A stretch of 63,999 nt of DNA, counting the filler, from Dimargaris cristalligena (taxonomy: Eukaryota): NCBI GenBank assembly GCA_003614675.1. It is 8 parts of 8 records of this genome, joined end to end, with 100 filler letters (N's around TTAATTAATTAA, not from the genome) between each part and the next. Parts side by side here need not be neighbours in the genome. Positions count along the whole stretch, not along the records: positions 16,394 to 24,483 come from ML003360.1; positions 24,584 to 32,672 come from ML003361.1; positions 32,773 to 40,859 come from ML003362.1; 5 more parts are not named here. One strand, given 5' to 3'. The notes below the pieces were generated by a model. That model worked only from the letters and a program-made list of their open reading frames with translations, searched no databases and was not told where the DNA came from. Below are positions 22,004 to 36,300 of the stretch, in pieces. A program made the translations under genes and the position numbers. The stretch's first letter is position 1. Each line of letters starts with the position of its first letter.

Positions 22004-24261
22004 TCAAGATGCGCCTATGTGGGAGGGAGTAATGTTCCGCCAGTGATTGATGATTTGGGAATTGCTCGACTGAAATGACCATGTGATACAATAGTGATCC
22101 CCTAGAAGGTTGAATTCTTCCAGCTCGTCTAAGAATTCCAATCGATTAATTCTATTGCCGGATAGGTACCAGCGTTGGATAATCGAAGTCGCGGAAATAA
22201 TACAGACCAGACGGATCAGTCGAGGGTTAAGAATCATAAACACGTACAAAGGGCCAAGATAAGTTGGTGGTATATTAACACTAGTGATCCGAGGTGTGTG
22301 GGGAGGGGGGCATCCTGGGAGCCGATGGAGGAGAAGACGGCATTCTCAGTAAAGTGGGGCAACACCTCGTAAAATCCGCCAGACTATGTATGGAGGAGTC
22401 CCAGTTGCCAAAGAGCTGTGCCAATAGGCCCTGCTAAAGATAATCATATAAAACTAACAGCCCCGGTCGGGGCTACTTACCTCTGTATTTCGGACACTGG
22501 AAGCTCTCTGTGAAGCTGGGCTATGCTCTTTGAGTTGGCCTGTTGCCAACCCAGACTTAAATACCTTTGACGCTGGCTCTCTAGGTCCGGGTAAGTTGCA
22601 ATACTGTGCAGCTGTAGGCCGCGCGACTGAATTTGAGAAATAAACATACGCGAAGAAAATGCCCAATATTTAAAAAAAGATAATTTCAGAAATTAAGCGC
22701 AATGAAAATGTTGCGTTAGACTACGGTGAAGGGGAGGGGTGACTTCTTATAGCAAATAATGGTGAGGGGCTATAATACTGCCTGGCAACGCTAACGTACC
22801 TGAAGGTTCTGGGTCATCATTTGGCCGAACGCATCATGGGGCTGAATCTGCTCGTAGGTTACGAAAAAGGCCGAAGGCCACTGTTGGCTGACCGAAGCGA
22901 TAAGGCGATCGGAAAACTGGGGGTCTAAATAAATCAGGACACACTCGGATAGAAACAAAGTGGGCACGTCTGATCGTAGGCCCGTCTCGAGTAGGCGAGG
23001 TACAATGTCGCTTTCAAATTGACGAAGGTCTCCGGCCAGGATAGTATACTGGTCGGAGTAAAGTTCAGCCCCACCACGACCTGGGAGATAGTTGGGCAAA
23101 AAACAGAGTCATGGTGGTAAATAGATTTGAACGCCAGTGGGTTAAATAAGATGGGTTGCTTTAAATGTAAATAGGTATATAGGGTTGGTAGATAGATGGG
23201 ATGCAATGGTGCCAGCTGAATAGGTTGATCACCGTAAAGTAAATATAAGGTCTACTTACCGGTTTGGCAGCCCTCGGGCAACAAACTCCGTAGTCGGCTG
23301 TTCCGGTGGAGTTTCATGCATTTGACCGAAGTGATTTCCGGAAAATCAATCTCAACGAAACGGGTCGGTGCATAGTCAGTCTCCTGAAGTGCAGTCCCAA
23401 TGTTTAATAAAATAATGCCACATAGTGAATGGATGGTGGTGGGTATGGAAGATGCCAATCTTCTATTGATCGATATTTGGCGGAGGTATATTATCTACCG
23501 TATGTAAGTAGGTAAAGATGGCGGGTGACCTGGGTCGATTATATTCAACTGACCTTGAGGAGAAAGTAGGTGGTGTCCGACCCTGAGCCAAGCACTACAA
23601 TTTGCGATGATAAGTCACACTGTTTACAGGCCCGGAGAAACTGCTGGATTACGTTTTGGATACCAATGAACCGACAGTAGGATCCTAGAGACGGAATAGG
23701 TGTCGTTAATTGACCCAGAAGAATAACATCACCCCACCCAGGGGTTGAATTAAGAATTGGTGGTTGGAACATTCCTCGAGCGGGTTTCCATACGACTCAT
23801 TGTCGCCTGAGTCAGATTCTATGGCACATAGCTGGATAATGGGTGGAATGGGAAAGAGGGGGGCTGCTATGGCGCACAAAGGCGACTGATATAGAACGGC
23901 GGACTGGCTTACCTCGATTAATAACTGGTGAGCGGCGTTCGGCTCGCTTGACGAAAAGCGGGATAAAAGGGTCAGCAAAATAACCCGCTTTACTCGCTGA
24001 GCTGGACGATTCGGATGGTGAATAGCCCCGAGTTTATAGGGAGGTGCAGGAATCGCTTAGAATGGCAGAAAAATTGTTATACACCCTCGACTTGACTTGG
24101 GCTGCTTGTTGGCATTCCCCTGGCCTGCGGGAATCCATGGGACTAGGGGATGGAGTGTGGTAGTCTGCGAATGTGGGGAATGGCGGTGGCACTTACCAGC
24201 GACTGACGGCGGCGTCGTCATTGGTGGCACGAATGTGAACGTCTTCACCTGCGTACTCCAT
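22004..24261 (-). CDS. PPM1: Leucine carboxyl methyltransferase 1 (PP2A methyltransferase); exons 24261-24197, 24001-23913, 23684-23554, 23383-23260, 23080-22800, 22626-22481, 22151-22004; 327 aa
   Basis: ATNDDA, GYFADPF, RRSPVINRGSY, QIVVLGSGSDT, EIDFPE, PTLFLSECVLIY, YEQI..DAFGQMM, LEFLDELEEF..HYC; all junctions GT-AG and in frame. Confidence 0.94.
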
Positions 24262-24483
24262 GTTTCCCGACGGCTAAGGAATGAAGAGAAAGCGCTGGCT
24301 ATTCCTAGAGTAAGAATGGAGGGAGATAAAGTAAGGCGAGTGAAGCTGGAAGGGTGAATTGGGCCGTGAGATAGGAAGATAATTCGTTTTTAAAAAACTC
24401 ATTATGTTAATAGAGGGGAAAGAAAAATTTTTCCGTAAAAATATTACTTTCCCCGAAGTAGAAAGGAAAAATTTCCATGCGAA

Positions 24484-24583
24484 NNNNNNNNNNNNNNNNN
24501 NNNNNNNNNNNNNNNNNNNNNNNNNNNTTAATTAATTAANNNNNNNNNNNNNNNNNNNNNNNNNNNNNNNNNNNNNNNNNNNN
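24484..24583. other. Artificial contig linker
   Basis: N-TTAATTAATTAA-N spacer. Confidence 0.99.
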
Positions 24584-27500
24584 TGGAGGATACCATTCAT
24601 CTCAGATTTTCAACGCGGGTCTTTCTAGAGGCGGTCTCTACTTTAATGACGATTATATTGTCAATGCGTATTCATCTACCTGTATTTGGCGAAAATTTAA
24701 CTAGATTTTTTACAGCAGATATGCCCATAGTTTCTCCAATCATTGAAATCCATTTTTTAAAGAACGTCTCGATGTATTATTTATTAATTGATTGTTAATA
24801 TTAAGGGCCCTTTAAGAGTGTACAATTGAACCGGCCCGTAGTAGTACTTTAAACGAATATTCTGTGCTAAAGCATTGTCAAATAAATAAAATTAATAGAT
24901 AGTTCAACCATCCTTATTCTTTTCGGGACTATTTGTAAATATGTCCAGTTCAAATAACCGTGGCGACTGGTTTATTATATCTGAAAATGTGGTAAATTAA
25001 GGAAGGCGGGTGTGAGAGTACATTTCGTGCAAGAAGAGTAGTCTGTGGGGAGAGCGTTTGGGCAGCATGCGGTTTATCTACTCAACAGACATCCCAAATT
25101 ATCTCCGACCATGGGTCTAGTTTGATAGGGCCCTCCCTTCGAACACCGATGGGCAGAGCACCGTTTGATGACTACAGTTCATCACTTGGGGGCGTCGAGT
25201 TCTTCTGTCGTGTCATTAGGCATCCGAGTCCGCATGGCCGCACGTGCCTACGGGTAGGTGATGTAATTAGATGAACCGACGTGCTCCTATTTGCGACTAC
25301 CATGTAAACCCGTGCGATGCGCATTTCTCAGGCGAAGCATAATTAGTGCGGCCGAATCATGCAGTGAGGTGTTGTCTCATGAGTGGACTTCTTTAAAGTG
25401 AATGGCGGCTATAAGAGCCCCTCACCTTGCATTTTTCCGCCTAATCATTTGGCACCGGGCCTTTTACCACTCTTTGCAGGAGGCCCTTAAAATAGAGCGG
25501 GTCCGCAGTGAGTAATTTTTCGAACACCGCGATTGCCCTTGGGACTATCCCTTCCATCCCATCTTATCAACTCATCAGTGACCCAGATGCTGGTTTTAGG
25601 GTCTACATGGGCTTAATGGCCGCAAGCGGACGCCGCCGTTCGAATAGGCGGAAAAAATAACCGCAGTAGCGGGATTTTTGGATGGCGGAGTTCTCTCCCA
25701 AAACGTGTGGTTAAAGTGGGTCGAAAGACATTCTATACCGTTCTCTCTTTCAGCCAGGTCATTCATGAATCATTCATTAGTGGCCACTGAGCTGTATGTA
25801 GTCAGCAAACCACCCATTCTCACCACCTCTCGTGAATGGCTAACTACAGGCTATTCTAGACCACTTCACTTCCCCCAGATTATTCAGCTGATGGCTGGTA
25901 CACGTGCAGCCCATTTTGCCCTTCGTCATTGTCGTTACACAGCACGTATTGCTTTTGGTCTACAGGTTTATCTGGATTGGCCAGCTTTACGCCTCTTTAA
26001 ACCTTGCTTACCTATTGGGGTGCCCACCTAGTTTCGGTATCTACTGTTTTCTGAGCTATAGTTTGTGTTTGGCGTTGCGATGGCCGTTTTGTTTTTCCTA
26101 AGGACATATTGCGTTCTAAATCGCGCTTCTGACATCGAACGATGTTTCCCATGGTGGGTTCCCTTTTTAGATTCTCGAAACCTCTAAAACCAAATTGGTG
26201 CAAGCCAAGTGGACTTTAAGCCTAAGTTGTTAGTGGGTCGAATGTTCCATCATTCTATTCTTTCCATTCGAATTTTAATGGGCATATTGGTGCCATTTCA
26301 CTATACCTTAAGCCGTTAAGTTGGGCGGTACGTATAGCAAAACTAATGATAATAAGGTCAAGTAAAAAACGGAACTAAGCTGGCATGAGGCCTTGGTGTG
26401 TTGCAGCTGAACCAGAGCATTCCATGGAATTGTCGCTGTAGCCTATAATAGGTACTATGATCGAAAAGCCTTCTTTCTCCTTGATTCATGCATGGGTAGT
26501 GCTCAAAATTTCAGCCCGAGACCTCTCTACTAGGACAGATTCTCCTGCATTGCAGTGCCTGTGGTGTTTTAGGTCGAGTGCCAAAACGTACCTACGAATG
26601 AACGAGCGGCCTAGACCCTAGCATGTTTGAGTATCAGCTGGTATCAGATGGCTAAATTAATATCCTTACGTCCCTTTATAAGAAGCTAAAAATACACCAT
26701 GCGCTTTGATATTTCTAAATATTTGATCGGGTATTGAGCAATGCAAGGGTGTATATTCAGTTACTTCCCCCTGTCCCTTTTCCCGTTCTATAAGTGTTTC
26801 ATCGCACTATACCCCAGTCCAGCTGACCTACTCGTAGAACATTCAGTTCTTGTGACTAGACGGCTGCGGATGAGCACTGGGCACATCCGTTTAGCTGGGC
26901 GTCAATTCTCACTCTGATTTTCCATCGCTTTCCACTTAGTGATATGATGCCAAGGCCTTGTCCCCTCATTTGACCCCTGACTCTTGGGCCGGCTGGGGAT
27001 ATGGCTTTGGGGCCCTCTCCACGGATAAATATTGCCGAGGCAGCATGGTGTCCCTATTATAAATATCCTCTTTTCCCCTCCTAGCCTTTTCTCTAGAATC
27101 CAGTCACCAACCCCCATCTTCGCTCTTGACGGCTCAACCCTATCCACTCTCCCTATCCGCCGCTGTTTGGTTTGCACATACACTGGGCGGCCAGTCGCCG
27201 CCGATACACATCATATAACCAACCTACGGCGCCATCATTTGTAGTACGGTGTCCACCGCTATAATCGTCTTTCCTCATACTTCGGTCTATGTCCCGGGAA
27301 ATCTATTCAAAGCCCTTTACCCCTATAGACCCCCTGCTCTCTTGGCGACCCGTTTTTACGTCACTCACCTATTAATATCGGTCACTTGTCCACAGATCAC
27401 ACTACCTCGCAAATACGCCCCTTCCCAATCCTCTTAGTTTTCGGCTGCCACTCAAAACAGTCCATTTCCAGCATTCGTGACTTAATCTTCACCAGTCTCT

Positions 27501-28172
27501 GACCAACATCGGTCACCCAATTCTGCCTACCCACCTCGTGATACCACTCCCATTTTATGCTACCGGGTCTTTATTATCCCCCCATTCACGACTCCATCTC
27601 CGCCGCCCCACTCAAAATATTTGAATTGTCTCCTCAAAGCCAGTTTGGTATCATCGGCGCCACCCCTCTATTGTGCTACTCCACTTCGCCTTTGAATCAC
27701 TGTACTTTGGACTTAGCTTAATCTATTCATAGTCATCGTCGGATACCAATTCCTCCTCCGCTTCCAAGGATAATCATACTTTCTTCATACAGGCCCTTTT
27801 CCAGGTTCCCTTTCCTACTGCACCCACTACTTAAGGATATTATTTTTAGCCACCTGCCTTATAAGGCCTTTTCCACCGGCAACCGGGGTCAGATCGAAAT
27901 ACTGCTTCTTTAACCGCTCCGCCACTTGTATGTCCAATTTTTATACTTTCTTGGCGTGGGCTACCTATTTATTAACGGCAATCTACCCCCCCTGCAGAGT
28001 ACTAAATCCCGCTCCTATTTATTTCAGCGTCATTTCCCTGCTTATATTGTGCCAAGCACTTTTAGCTCCACTTCGGCCACGTTCAGCTCGCCTATTTTTA
28101 TTAAGGGGATCCCTATCCTCTTACTCCCTCTCTTCCTTCTCCTCCCCTTCGTACTCTTTCCAACCCTCCACC

Positions 28173-28457
28173 ATGGTGTGCAGTTCGTGTTTTTTCCGGT
28201 CTTGTGCCAATTCGGCCTACTGCTCCTGCCCCTGCCATACTACGTGTTCCTGCTCCGCATGTGAGGAGCGTACGTACCGGAATGGGGCTCGCTACTCCAC
28301 CGACACCTACGAAGGCTCGCCGTTGATTTTCTCGGCGAACTACGGATCCTATTCGCGGCCATCCAACAGCACCTACACGAGTTCCTCGGCGCGGGAGAAG
28401 TGGCCGCGGTCAATCAAGCCCTTCTGGAAGCGATGGCTGGCCAAACTGTGCTGCTAG
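28173..28457 (+). CDS. 94-aa protein, metallothionein-like Cys-rich N-terminus and basic C-terminus ending in CC
   Basis: CCACCATGG start after a pyrimidine-rich leader; 9 Cys in first 30 aa; GC3-rich codons; ends IKPFWKRWLAKLCC. Confidence 0.6.
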   Translation: MVCSSCFFRSCANSAYCSCPCHTTCSCSACEERTYRNGARYSTDTYEGSPLIFSANYGSYSRPSNSTYTSSSAREKWPRSIKPFWKRWLAKLCC

Positions 28458-31012
28458 ACCTTGGTTAGGTACTATACACCAGGTTCGGGCAACATACTTC
28501 CCCCGCCAATTCAATACCGTCATTCCCGACGTACAGACTGGCCAGTCACTCGCCACAGTAGCCTACACGAATAGAAACTCGCCGATTCCAAGCCGCTCAA
28601 GACTTAGAATATTACTTCATCAAATTAACGACCAAGCTATCAGTTCTGCTATATCATGCCACTATTAGTATCCCATGTATTTAATGCATTAAGTCAATCC
28701 GACGATTTTACTTCCCTAGAAGCATTTATTTTTCTCGCATTTGTATTGTAATATAATGCACATAAATATACCCAAACTCATGACCCGACTTTTCAACATT
28801 ATATTACGAGCTGGTCTCAAGACTATATTACAATCAGCACTTATATGTCTATATAACTTTATATTCCTATCATGGACCTCAGTACATACTTACATTATAT
28901 ATTTATCCGTTCCATCTCATTTCTTTTCTGCTGACCAAATTTAATTGCAGCGATAGTTTAAATCATACCATAAAGCCAATAAAGTTATCTACTAAAAACC
29001 AAATAAATCCACAGCGACAATAATATTGTACTGAAAAACAGTATTTTAGCCCTTTGCCAAGGCATGCTATTATCTGACTGGGAGTTTCTTCATCGTAATT
29101 TATTATAGTTCGTCATTTGGCCGCCCTGCTCTTCTAACCCAGAAAATGGACCATGGCATCCGTTCGGGTTGACAGCCAAGCCCTGGCCTATTATTTTTCC
29201 GAAGACTGCTGTGTACTTTACTATCATCTTTTTGATTCGGAATTGGCCTTTACCGCCCCTTTCCTCTGTGATGTCATTTATAACGGGCATTTTCCTGGAC
29301 TTGTTGATGGGGTATTATGATACTCTCTATGCGGATCTGCGTTGTGGGTCATGGTATTCAATTAGCCACAATTTCCGTCTACAGCTTGTCGCACAATCCC
29401 GTCCATCGAGGTCATATAAATTAAACTTTAATCCACAAAGCCACATACTTCTATTCATGCGCGCCATTGAGTGGATTGTTAACAACAACTCCATCCCTTA
29501 ATTGTCCGTTTTACCGCGTCAAATCGCGGTGGACCGATAGGTTTGGGGACTACGTTTTTTGGTCCTGGAGCTGGTATTGCCGATAGGAGCCGGGAACCAC
29601 GTATATTTTGATTCCGAGTCCTTTGGACTGGTGCCATCGGATGGATGGGAAACCCCCCCCCCATGTTGTTTTTGGTGGGGTTCACTTAGTTGACCACGCC
29701 CCTAATCGAATATGCAAAGTAAAGGGTATACTAGGCTCACCAAGCGCTGTCGACTCTAAAATTGTAGCGTATTGTTATTTAACCACAGGAATACCCACCG
29801 GCATTGTCGCCCTATTATCAGCCAGCCGGAAAATGGAGTATTGACTCAAGGGCCTACATACAGTTAGGCGGCAAGCACCTAGACCGATAAAGTATGCAGG
29901 ATAGGTCGTGTGACTTGAGGTAGCACTTAAATAACAATTTGAGGGTCTTTGCCAACTGTGGCATACTTAACCCATGTATTATTCAACTGTAGGACAAACC
30001 ACGACAAGGGTATGTGTTCAAGTATTGCGGCAGTGGTAGTACACCAAGGGTATACTTTATTTGTGGAGCCACTCCAAAATATGTTGGGCTGTTCAATAAT
30101 ATAATCTATTGAATAGAATAGCACTCTCTCCCCGGTGCCATTCAACACTAGTTTTCCCCTGTTACTACGCCAAATCTCAAACTTTGATGTTCCTTAGGGA
30201 AGGAAAGTATTAGGTACCTGTGAACATGTACCACCTGTGGCTATTCCAAACGTTTGAAAGGGTGAAAAAAGGGGGACCTCCAAAGCCCTTGAAACGAGAG
30301 CCTAGGTCCCCTATGCCTTCAGCGAGGCCAAACAGTGCCAGGATATGTAGGTAGCAACTTCTCAGTAGGACACGAAGGCATTCTCATCTTATCCCCCCTA
30401 AAACAGGGCTACCCAGGCTAATAAGTCTTGGTACTCGACCCTAGTGTTTTTGAGCTAAGTGTATAACCTACAGTCCAAACATCGGAGTCGGGGAACGAAC
30501 AAAGTCCATATTTGGACAGTTATCCAGCTTACAAGAATCCCCGGGTAGCGCAAGGTACACTAAACCAATCCCCCACCAATGGCCTATTGACAACGGGAAT
30601 AGTACTACAGGGCCAACAAATTGGCCACATTCCCTAATATTAAATGGGCCACAAAGGATATCCAGGCGAAACTCAACATAGCTGAAAAAGAAACGGCAAA
30701 ATGAAATGTAAACGGGAGGACTAAGCAAGCTATTTAGCGCCGACCGGCTACACTCATCTCCTTGAATGGGTTACCCATAAGGCAGCTGGGCAGAACTGTT
30801 CCCATATATAAACCCGGCATCTGCGTTCCGTTTAATGTCAGTTGTACTTCAGATAACCTTGTCTTCGCCTGTACATCTACACCCCCGACTTATATAGCCC
30901 CGTCTATTTTGGAGATACACCCTCATTTCTCCAACCCGTTCTTTAAAAACCACGACTTCTGTTTGTCCACAGCCTCTACTTCAGCCGACCAGTTGGATAC
31001 TTCATCGAAGAT

Positions 31013-32595
31013 ATGGTTACCAAGGTTCGTCTAAGCACTGTTGCGCTAGTGTTCTTGGTCATCGGGGCCCATTCGGTCAACATTTGGGGACCGGCTACAA
31101 TCAACAACGTCCTCGATGAAGTCCTCGCCATAATTCTTGGGTGGGTTCCTCCGTTAGAACGTATGCGAAGAGGTCCTGTGTCTCAAATCTGGGATAAATT
31201 TGAACTTGACCCATTTACAAGAAAGACTAACAAGGCAATTTCAAGAGGTTTTTCTGCCGAGTTGGCTTATAAATTGATACTCCCCAACCCCTAGCAACCG
31301 CCTTATTGGATCCTTTACACTCTACATGGGCCATTATATTTACAATAATATTGTTATCAAACCTCAACTAACTAAAATATATCCACTTACACCCAATATG
31401 GCTTTTCAATAATACACATATTTACTCTGCATTATTCTAGGCTGAGGATGCATTTTTTGCCCACCCCACGAGCTACAGTGCCCCGAATCTGGGCCCTGCG
31501 GAGGCCGACACCAAATTGGCTGCGTTCATGCCCCTGGTGGGGATTACCATCCTTCCCGCCTTCGTCCACCTCATCTATCAGAACCTGGATGCACTGGGCT
31601 ATGACAGGTTGGGCCAGCCCTTATTAGCAAGTCGACCCCCCAGTTCCCTTGTGGCTAATAATATGATCCTTCGGGAGGCCCTTCAGACCTTTGGGCCCGA
31701 GCTACAATGGTTGAAAATGAATGCTCAAGTCCAGCAATTCGACGCAGCTACCGAAATCTCCCGGAAGACCTTCTTTCCTTTCCATGACCGAATCATGAAG
31801 GGCGAGCTAGAACAGGCCCAAACCATGTCCGGGAACTTCCTGAGCAATCCCTTTGGCAAAGCGCTGAGCCGAAATTTCTACAAGTACGTCCCGGAGAGCT
31901 ACGTCCAGTTTCTGGCAACCCTGTTATACATACGCCAGGGCTTAGATCCTCGGATCATCAATCCTCTAACTTTGGAGGAATACGTCGAGTACGCTAAAAA
32001 CCAGGAGTTCCACAAGGCTCGATACATGACCGTCTTTTTAGGGTACATTATGCTTCTGGCCGGCAAAGGCTCCTTCGATACCTTGTATCGTGCTATTGGA
32101 TTCGGGAACGCATCTAGTCTGCTAGAAGCTAAGGAACATCAGCTAGCTCTTCTGGTCGCAAGTTTCCAGGGCAATGTCGGGCTTGCTCAGGCCTTAATGG
32201 AACCGTCTCATATGACTGCCTCCATCCATAAATTAGGAGCGTGTGCCGTGCAGCGAGGCTGGATTAGCAGAGTGCAAATTACCCCTACCTTAGTTGGCGA
32301 TGGCGACCCAAATCCATCCAATTGCGAGCTGTCTATGTTCCGGGCCATGTATCCGATTCACTTGGATGCCACCGGAAAAACGGCCTTCCATCTCTACCAG
32401 AAAAACCAAAGCCCGGTGGATTATAAGGTTCCGACTGTCGGCCCGCTGGCACCCCCGGTTGCACAGTTAGATTTGGAGGATGAAGATGAGGTGTACAATT
32501 CGCTAGAGTGGTATATGGATGATTTTTATATCCCTAACCGCACTCCTGTCAGTACCCCACAAAGCATGATTGATGACAGTAATGAACATGGGTGA
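31013..32595 (+). CDS. Secreted orphan protein (candidate effector); first exon from 31013, main exon 31441-32595, donor site unresolved
   Basis: Signal peptide MVTKVRLSTVALVFLVIGAHS; branch CTAAC near 31368 and acceptor TTCTAG at 31440 in frame with the 359-aa ORF; TATA box near 30805. Confidence 0.7.
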
Positions 32596-32672
32596 AGTTC
32601 AGCTTGGCTGTATAAGAGTTTAACTGATATGTGTATGGGAAAATCGGTGGGATGTTTATTTTCAACCAGCGT
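32588..32672 (-). mobile_element. MITE family A, partial copy at contig end, overlapping the stop codon of the upstream gene
   Basis: ATGGGTGAAGTTCAGCTTGGCTGTATAAG..GGGAAAATCGGTGGGATGTTTATTTTCAACCAG is the revcomp of the family right arm. Confidence 0.8.
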
Positions 32673-32772
32673 NNNNNNNNNNNNNNNNNNNNNNNNNNNN
32701 NNNNNNNNNNNNNNNNTTAATTAATTAANNNNNNNNNNNNNNNNNNNNNNNNNNNNNNNNNNNNNNNNNNNN
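32673..32772. other. Artificial contig linker
   Basis: N-TTAATTAATTAA-N spacer. Confidence 0.99.
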
Positions 32773-32919
32773 ATGGGAGTAGTTCAACAAGGCTGTATAA
32801 CGAAAAATCCATTTGATGAGGCAAGTAAAGTACTACTGGTTGAAAATAAACATCCCACCAATTTTCCCATACACATATCGGTTAAAACCTTATTCAACCA
32901 AACTGAATTTCACCCATAT
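32773..32919 (+). mobile_element. MITE family A, near-complete copy at contig start
   Basis: ATGGGAGTAGTTCAACAAGGCTGTATAACGAAAAATCC...GAATTTCACCCATAT. Confidence 0.8.
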
Positions 32920-33137
32920 ATACTTTACCTGTCCGGTTCCGATACGAGTTGGCCCCATATTGGTCATCTTCGTGGCGTCGTTTACCCGTAAATGGGCGAG
33001 CGGAGTAATTCCTAAACAATAAATAAATCCAACCAGGTAGGTAGATAAAGAGTAGTGTCAAAAAAACATATGCAACGTAGATAGGTAAGTATACATAGAT
33101 AGTAGCATGAATAACTGGGGGTGCAACGTTTGAAAGT

Positions 33138-33174
<37 letters not shown>

Positions 33175-33306
33175 CAATCCCAGGACTGCTCAACCATGGT
33201 TCGCCCTCCTCCATTATCGCGCGACCGTCAATGGTACAAAATTAACGACTCTACCACTATTGCCACTTATTAAAAAAGTCCCCACTCATATAAACCAAAG
33301 GCTAAC

Positions 33307-36300
33307 TTACTCTTGGCGCGACTGGTCTGGGCGCATTCTCGCCTGGTTGCCCTGTACATTCACTGGTGGAAGTAATTAATGGCAAACATTATCCCGAGCC
33401 GGAGGTATCATAGCCAAGGAATAATAGTTAGCGGGAAAGTCACCAAGCAAGGTAGTCTCTGTCTCTAGTAATCCGTAACTGTTGTTATAGATAGTACCAG
33501 TAGAGCTACTCAGCGCAATATAAATACATATCCTCTATACATATCATCAACTAATTATAATTAGTTTAAATACTTACTTCCCATGCCAGCGGCGGACATC
33601 ATTCCCGGGTTCATCATCATATTAGGGTACGCCATCTGGGACATCCCCATCATATTCATATTATAGGGTCGGCTGGGCGGATACCCCTGGAAATTACCCA
33701 TGCCCCCAAAGTTGGGGTTTTGACCTCCACCCATCATGGCAAAATTGCCATTCGGCCCACCCATCCCCCCCGCGTACCCTTGGTTAGGGTTATTGACCAT
33801 CCCGGGGAAGCCCTGCGGCATAGTATGGTGTTGCTGTTGTTGTTGTTGATGCTGCTGCTGATGGTGGCTATGGTGATGGTTACCACCCATGTTAGAATAG
33901 GAAGAGTTCGGCTTTCGTGGCCCATTGTTATTTCGGTGGGTCCCATTAATATTGTCATTAGTATTCGAAGTGTTCGATTCTGGTAAGGAGCGGTAGTGGT
34001 ATCCCGGAAATAATAATAATAAGATGAGTGAGTAATTAATTAATTAATTAATTAATTATTCCAATGTATAAAAGAAAGTCACTCAATCCATCCCCAGATG
34101 TATTTTACCCACTGTCACCTTGAAATACACTTACGAGAGGCGGTGTTGCCTTTAGTAACGGTTGTGCGGAAGGGAGTTTCCGATACGGCCGTGGTCTTTA
34201 CCACCCATTGGCGGCCTTTAGATTCCCTAGAGAAAATGTCGCAGTAAAACATTCATTCATAGCAATCGGGTTAGAAGCCTGGCAAGCCAATGTACACACC
34301 ATAGTAGAATATATCCACTAAGTAGGGGTCGGAGGGATAGGTTAGCGCGGCAATGATGTAATGCAGTACTTACGTCTTTTGCAGAATGTCCTTCGCCCGT
34401 GCAGCCGACTTGGCGTTTAAGAAGTCGATGTAGGCAATCCTAAACGGGGTATGGCGTATAACAGGGATTCCCAATATAGGCTAATCGGGATTAGAAGCCG
34501 GCCGAGAGGTTCAGTGGGATCTGTAGGAGTCCAGGGCAATTAACTATAGATTAGCAACGCGGAGTATATTTACAATGTCCGGTCACTTACCCTAGCGATT
34601 TGCCATTCGACTTATTTTCGTTGAATATTACATTGTTGATGTCGCTACGCACGTTGTCATTGTCTATATTGGCCCGGATATCATCTTCCGAGGTGTACTA
34701 AAGGGGGTCGAAATAAATGGGTGAGGGGGCGGGAATAACAATAGTCAAAAGGAATGGGGGCATACGGTGAGGGATAAGCAGTCATGCTGAGGGAGGAGAA
34801 TGCAGTTAATGCAGGAAACGTATCATCAGTGAATATTGGATGGGTTACTGAAGGAATTGTAGTACAGAGGACAGTCCCTAACCAACCTAGCCACTCCAAA
34901 GATAATACAAGACATAAAAGTTAAATGAAATATACGGGTAGGACGTTGGAATCCTAGCGATTCCTAAAAATATCCGACACTAAAGCAGAGTATGAGCCAA
35001 AATTAAGCACCCCATCTTGGTGGGCTTAGGCTAGGGAAATAATGGGAAATGATTAATGATAGGTAGCTTGGAAAATACGTGGATGGGTATGCTTTGGCTA
35101 GGAAGCGGTAACGATGAACTCACCCAGTGCATATTGGAGACGAGAATAGCAGCCATGGGGCGGGCAGTGGAATCTGAAATCACAAAAGGTAGGGCACGGT
35201 TTGTTTGGTTGTTGTTTTTTTAAAAGAATAAATAAATAAATGGTGGTAACCGCGAATGCAAGCTGGGTGAGTAATGGGGTCGTACGAAATAGATTACGGA
35301 GAGGGGAGCGAGAGAAAATACGACTAATTGATGTAGATTAGGAGAGAGAAAAAAAGAGTACGAGATGGGTTGAAAACACCTCGCAACTCTGCCGCTACAG
35401 TATCAACTCGTCCATTAGGGTATGGCGAAAGATTGATAAAATCCGGCTGAACAACAGACCAGGGTCGCGGACTGGGCCGTTCTTGGGTATGCAAAGGGTA
35501 GTAGTGAGTGGGGCGGGGTGATTTACGCCCGGAAAGCAGAGGGCGGGTACAGCGTACATTCGAACCCTAGAGCGAGGAGAGGGATCCCTTGTCGTGGCCA
35601 TTGGGATTATGGGTAAGAAGGAGGGCGGGATAGGTACACGCGAAGTGCAAACTTACTGTTGGGCTGGTCACTCGGACTGGATTTAGCATGCACCGGACTG
35701 CCCGTAACCGGCGGGAGATCCGTGCGAGGTTTTTTGGGACTCGTTGCGTCCTTGGAGGGATGCTGGGTCACCTCGCGATGGAACGGGGCGGGGCGATGGT
35801 TGGGAGACGAGGGGGTGGAGGACGTAAAAGTAGCATCGACATACGCCTGGGAGTTCTTCCTCGTGTGGGAGGGGTCCAGCGGCTAAGGTCATTTTTGGTA
35901 GATGATATATGTACGCATGTTAATACATATATATATATCAGTGCCAGAATGAAGGGCGAAAGCAGGCAACACGCGTCAGGCCTATTCGAAGGGCCGAGCC
36001 CCCCTCCCTTCCCCACATTCCGCCGGAAAAGAAATTTTTTCCAAGTGAATTCTAACGCATGGCCCGCAGCAAGTGCGAAAAGCTGGCCTCCCGCATTCCC
36101 CCAATCAAGCAGGGCATGCTACCACCCTGTGACACGCTTACGCCAAAGCTTGTAGTCGCATCGGGAAAGCCCCACGCGACCATGTTTAGACTATGAGAGG
36201 GGAGGGGCTGGATAAATAGGGAATCCTATTGCAGCACTTACCATTTCCTGGTCAGCCTCAATGGCGAAGGATTCCTCGCCGTAAATATCGACGGATTCAC

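Noticed and set aside
33144-33170. (AT)n tracts here and near 11586, 18437, 37253, 40620 as 6mA-related signals
   Set aside because: Indistinguishable from ordinary microsatellites without modification data.
34033-34058. (TAAT)n run resembling the linker
   Set aside because: No flanking Ns; an intronic microsatellite.
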